A stretch of 64,000 nucleotides of DNA from Macrostomum lignano (taxonomy: Eukaryota), in the NCBI GenBank assembly GCA_002269645.1, contig NIVC01001645.1, forward strand, positions 62,001 through 126,000, in the 5' to 3' direction. Positions within the stretch are counted from its first letter, which is position 1; each line of letters begins with the position of its first letter. Made by a program: the position numbers and the translations under genes. This document shows, in pieces, positions 62,677-64,000 of the stretch. The notes beneath the pieces were generated by a model that saw only the letters and a program-made list of their open reading frames with translations, did no database searches and was not told the origin of the DNA.

Positions 62677-64000
62677 CTTTACAGTGTACATGTTCCTTTT
62701 TTAATGATGCTTTTACAGACTAAAACAGCAAACATCGAATTTTGAGTGCACAGTCTCTGCTGCCATTCGTACAATCTGTACTGCAATCTTAACACATTTA
62801 AAAATACACATCATTCTGATTCGCATGCAATTCTTCAAAACGATTACGGTATTGCTGTATATGTACGCTTAAGTATCAGTAAGTCAGTCGAATGTTACCG
62901 CAGATCAATTGATTTAAAAAAACAACGGATGTCATACTTTTACAATCAAATCGGGTGTAGCTGTGGTATACTTACAGCTTCAGATAATTGCAGTAGATTA
63001 TATCACTGCAGTTAAATGCATATGCATGTCTATATACATGTATTGTAGTTGTGCTTAAGCTCATCAGTAAATCAAATACATGGATTTAGTTAACTAGTTC
63101 CCTGTTTACGCCGTCTACATGCAGCTAATCAGTGAACATATACTCGTAGCTACAGATAAGGTCTTCGTGTCAGAGCTGACATGTGAGTTGACACATGCTA
63201 CACATTTTGGTAGAGACAGTTTAAATCTAACCGGCGTAAAACACACGAGACAATAACATGTATTGGCTGAAATTTATAGCTATAACTAATACACAGTCAA
63301 TGCAATCCCAAAACCTAAAACCCAGTTGAGACAAACTCAGACAAGGAACCACTGAAGTAACGCTGTCGCTAAGTGTACATGTATCATCGAACGAGAGTTT
63401 GAATGAATCAAAGTCATGCCCTTGACCTGAAGAAGAGAGAAAGGACGCAAAACGAAGGGGCAGCCAGTCAGTTTATTAGCAGAGGAGAGGTTAAAGAATA
63501 ATGATAAGTGCCAAAAAGAGCAAAGTGTAGTGTGAGCATCTTTTGCGATAGCCTTGTATTCTATTAGTTAGGTTTTGCATTATTGTTATTGAATTATTAT
63601 TTTGCTTTAGTTTAGTCATACGTTTTTGGTGTACTTTTTCCTTGTTAGTTAGAATCAATTTTGCGTAAACAGGTTAGAGTTAGACGCCAATTTTGTGACT
63701 CAGCGGAGGGTTGAGTTTTTGTCTGCGAACCCCAGCTTTGCGCGGCCAGCCAACCAGAACCGGCCTGGACCCTGGCACGCGGCAAGTTTCAATTCTACCC
63801 GGCGCCGCGGGCACAATACAATTCGGCTTAAGCAAGCGGCCGGCCAGACGACCACCACCCGGCTTGAGGGGGTTTTGAGTGGTTGTGACTCTGACTATAT
63901 ATGAAAGTGTGTTTGGCAATCGGATCTCGCCCTTCTCTCCTCGCCTTCAATTCTCTTTCCTGCTCCGTCCCCGGTTTTGATTGTGTTCCAGCTTCCCGGC

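Overview
Eukaryotic (metazoan) genomic DNA: GC-rich exons with GT-AG introns, and roughly 30% of the window (my rough sum of array lengths) is tandem repeat. The style resembles the flatworm Macrostomum lignano, but that is inference only. Nine genes were reconstructed by hand from reading frames and splice sites. On +: a Six3/6 homeobox gene, a MATE/SLC47 transporter, a heparan sulfate 3-O-sulfotransferase, an orphan PAM2-motif ORF, an SLC35D nucleotide-sugar transporter and an 11-exon anosmin-1 (KAL1)-like gene. On -: a ZMYND15/MSS51-like gene, a coiled-coil gene and a CAAP1-like gene. There are also hAT, Mutator and Harbinger-type MITEs, a CORE-type SINE split by a MITE, and a Merlin-like transposase relic. 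Best leads: (1) the anosmin-like protein lacks the WAP domain and ends in a GPI-like hydrophobic tail, and lies near two heparan-sulfate pathway genes; (2) the MATE has lost three of the four C-lobe glutamates used for proton coupling; (3) a possible trans-spliced operon in which one gene may get its start codon from the spliced leader; (4) minisatellites built from the splice sites of the introns they fill. No database searches were run; family assignments rest on motifs recalled from known proteins.
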